Below the pieces are notes generated by a model. That model did no database searches. It was not told the origin of the DNA and saw nothing but the letters and a program-made list of their open reading frames with translations. Below, one piece after another: positions 63,844 to 64,000 of a stretch of 64,000 nucleotides of DNA. Each line of letters starts with the position of its first letter. Within the stretch, counting starts at the first letter, position 1. The stretch is from contig DASYSM010000134.1 in NCBI GenBank assembly GCA_036003325.1, forward strand, positions 9,164 through 73,163, in the 5' to 3' direction. A program made the position numbers and the translations under genes. This DNA comes from Candidatus Limnocylindrales bacterium. Lineage in GTDB: Bacteria; Chloroflexota; Limnocylindria; Limnocylindrales; CSP1-4.

Positions 63844-64000
63844 ATGGCGTCAGCCGATCGCCCACCGCTCCGCTATCTGGACACGAGCGATGTCCTGGCT
63901 GCGATGCCGGACCTCGACGAACGCCTCGCCCTGGCAGAGCGAACGCTGGTCGCGCTGGTGGCCGATGCCGAGCTGCCCCCCAAGATCGGTGTCCATCCCC
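63844..64000 (+). CDS. Ornithine cyclodeaminase / mu-crystallin family protein, N-terminal fragment (3' end outside window)
   Basis: My own translation: MASADRPPLRYLDTSDVLAAMPDLDERLALAERTLVALVADAELPPKIGVHP. The pattern resembles OCD-family N-termini. Only 52 codons are visible. Confidence 0.45.
   Translation, partial: MASADRPPLRYLDTSDVLAAMPDLDERLALAERTLVALVADAELPPKIGVHP

Overview
Very GC-rich chromosomal segment; third codon positions are almost all G/C. The gene mix looks Actinomycetota-like, or possibly high-GC Chloroflexota: an F420/LLM enzyme, ECF sigma factors with RskA-type or C-terminal-extension control, LDH-like MDH, Lgt, CBS plus cystathionine gamma-lyase, and a SAM-I riboswitch. 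I call about 58 protein-coding genes. They are tightly packed and often joined by 4-nt ATGA/GTGA/TTGA stop-start overlaps, with frequent GTG/TTG starts. I saw no rRNA, tRNA, CRISPR array, transposase, integrase or phage genes, so this is not an obvious mobile or defence island. Left to right: pit fragment, DUF47 and an orphan OmpR-type regulator; a coupled J-protein, dtxR, gltX, snoaL string; asparaginase II; upp; a YciI/ECF42-like sigma pair; HAD plus MFS; a kinase-less sensor-like membrane protein; a class-III aminotransferase plus NitT/TauT-type ABC importer operon; an uncharacterised two-gene membrane operon with a Vps62/DUF946-like domain; DagK; NlpC/P60 behind a long structured leader; a PLP decarboxylase; a LuxR-STAND regulator, small ORF, 1721-aa Ig-repeat secreted protein and MFS cluster; a reductive pyrimidine-catabolism operon (beta-ureidopropionase, F420-type LLM oxidoreductase, dihydropyrimidinase) running straight into a sigma-less RsbW/RsbV/RsbU module and mmuM; an MFS-cNMP fusion; YggT; a large S8 protease; mmsA; an Lgt-like paralog; mdh and pckA; a SAM-I riboswitch controlling a ThrC-like/ThiS-like pair (MetM/MetO-type homocysteine synthesis); CGL, GNAT and CBS; plsC; lgt with a poly-acidic tail; an ECF sigma/anti-sigma pair; a cupin; and ferritin-VIT1. 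The best candidates for new biology are the sigma-less partner-switching module inside a metabolic operon, the F420-LLM enzyme in the position of dihydropyrimidine dehydrogenase, the Vps62-like membrane operon, the riboswitch-controlled MetM/MetO pair, and the regulator/giant-adhesin cluster. All functional calls come from motif-level recognition by eye; no database search was possible.
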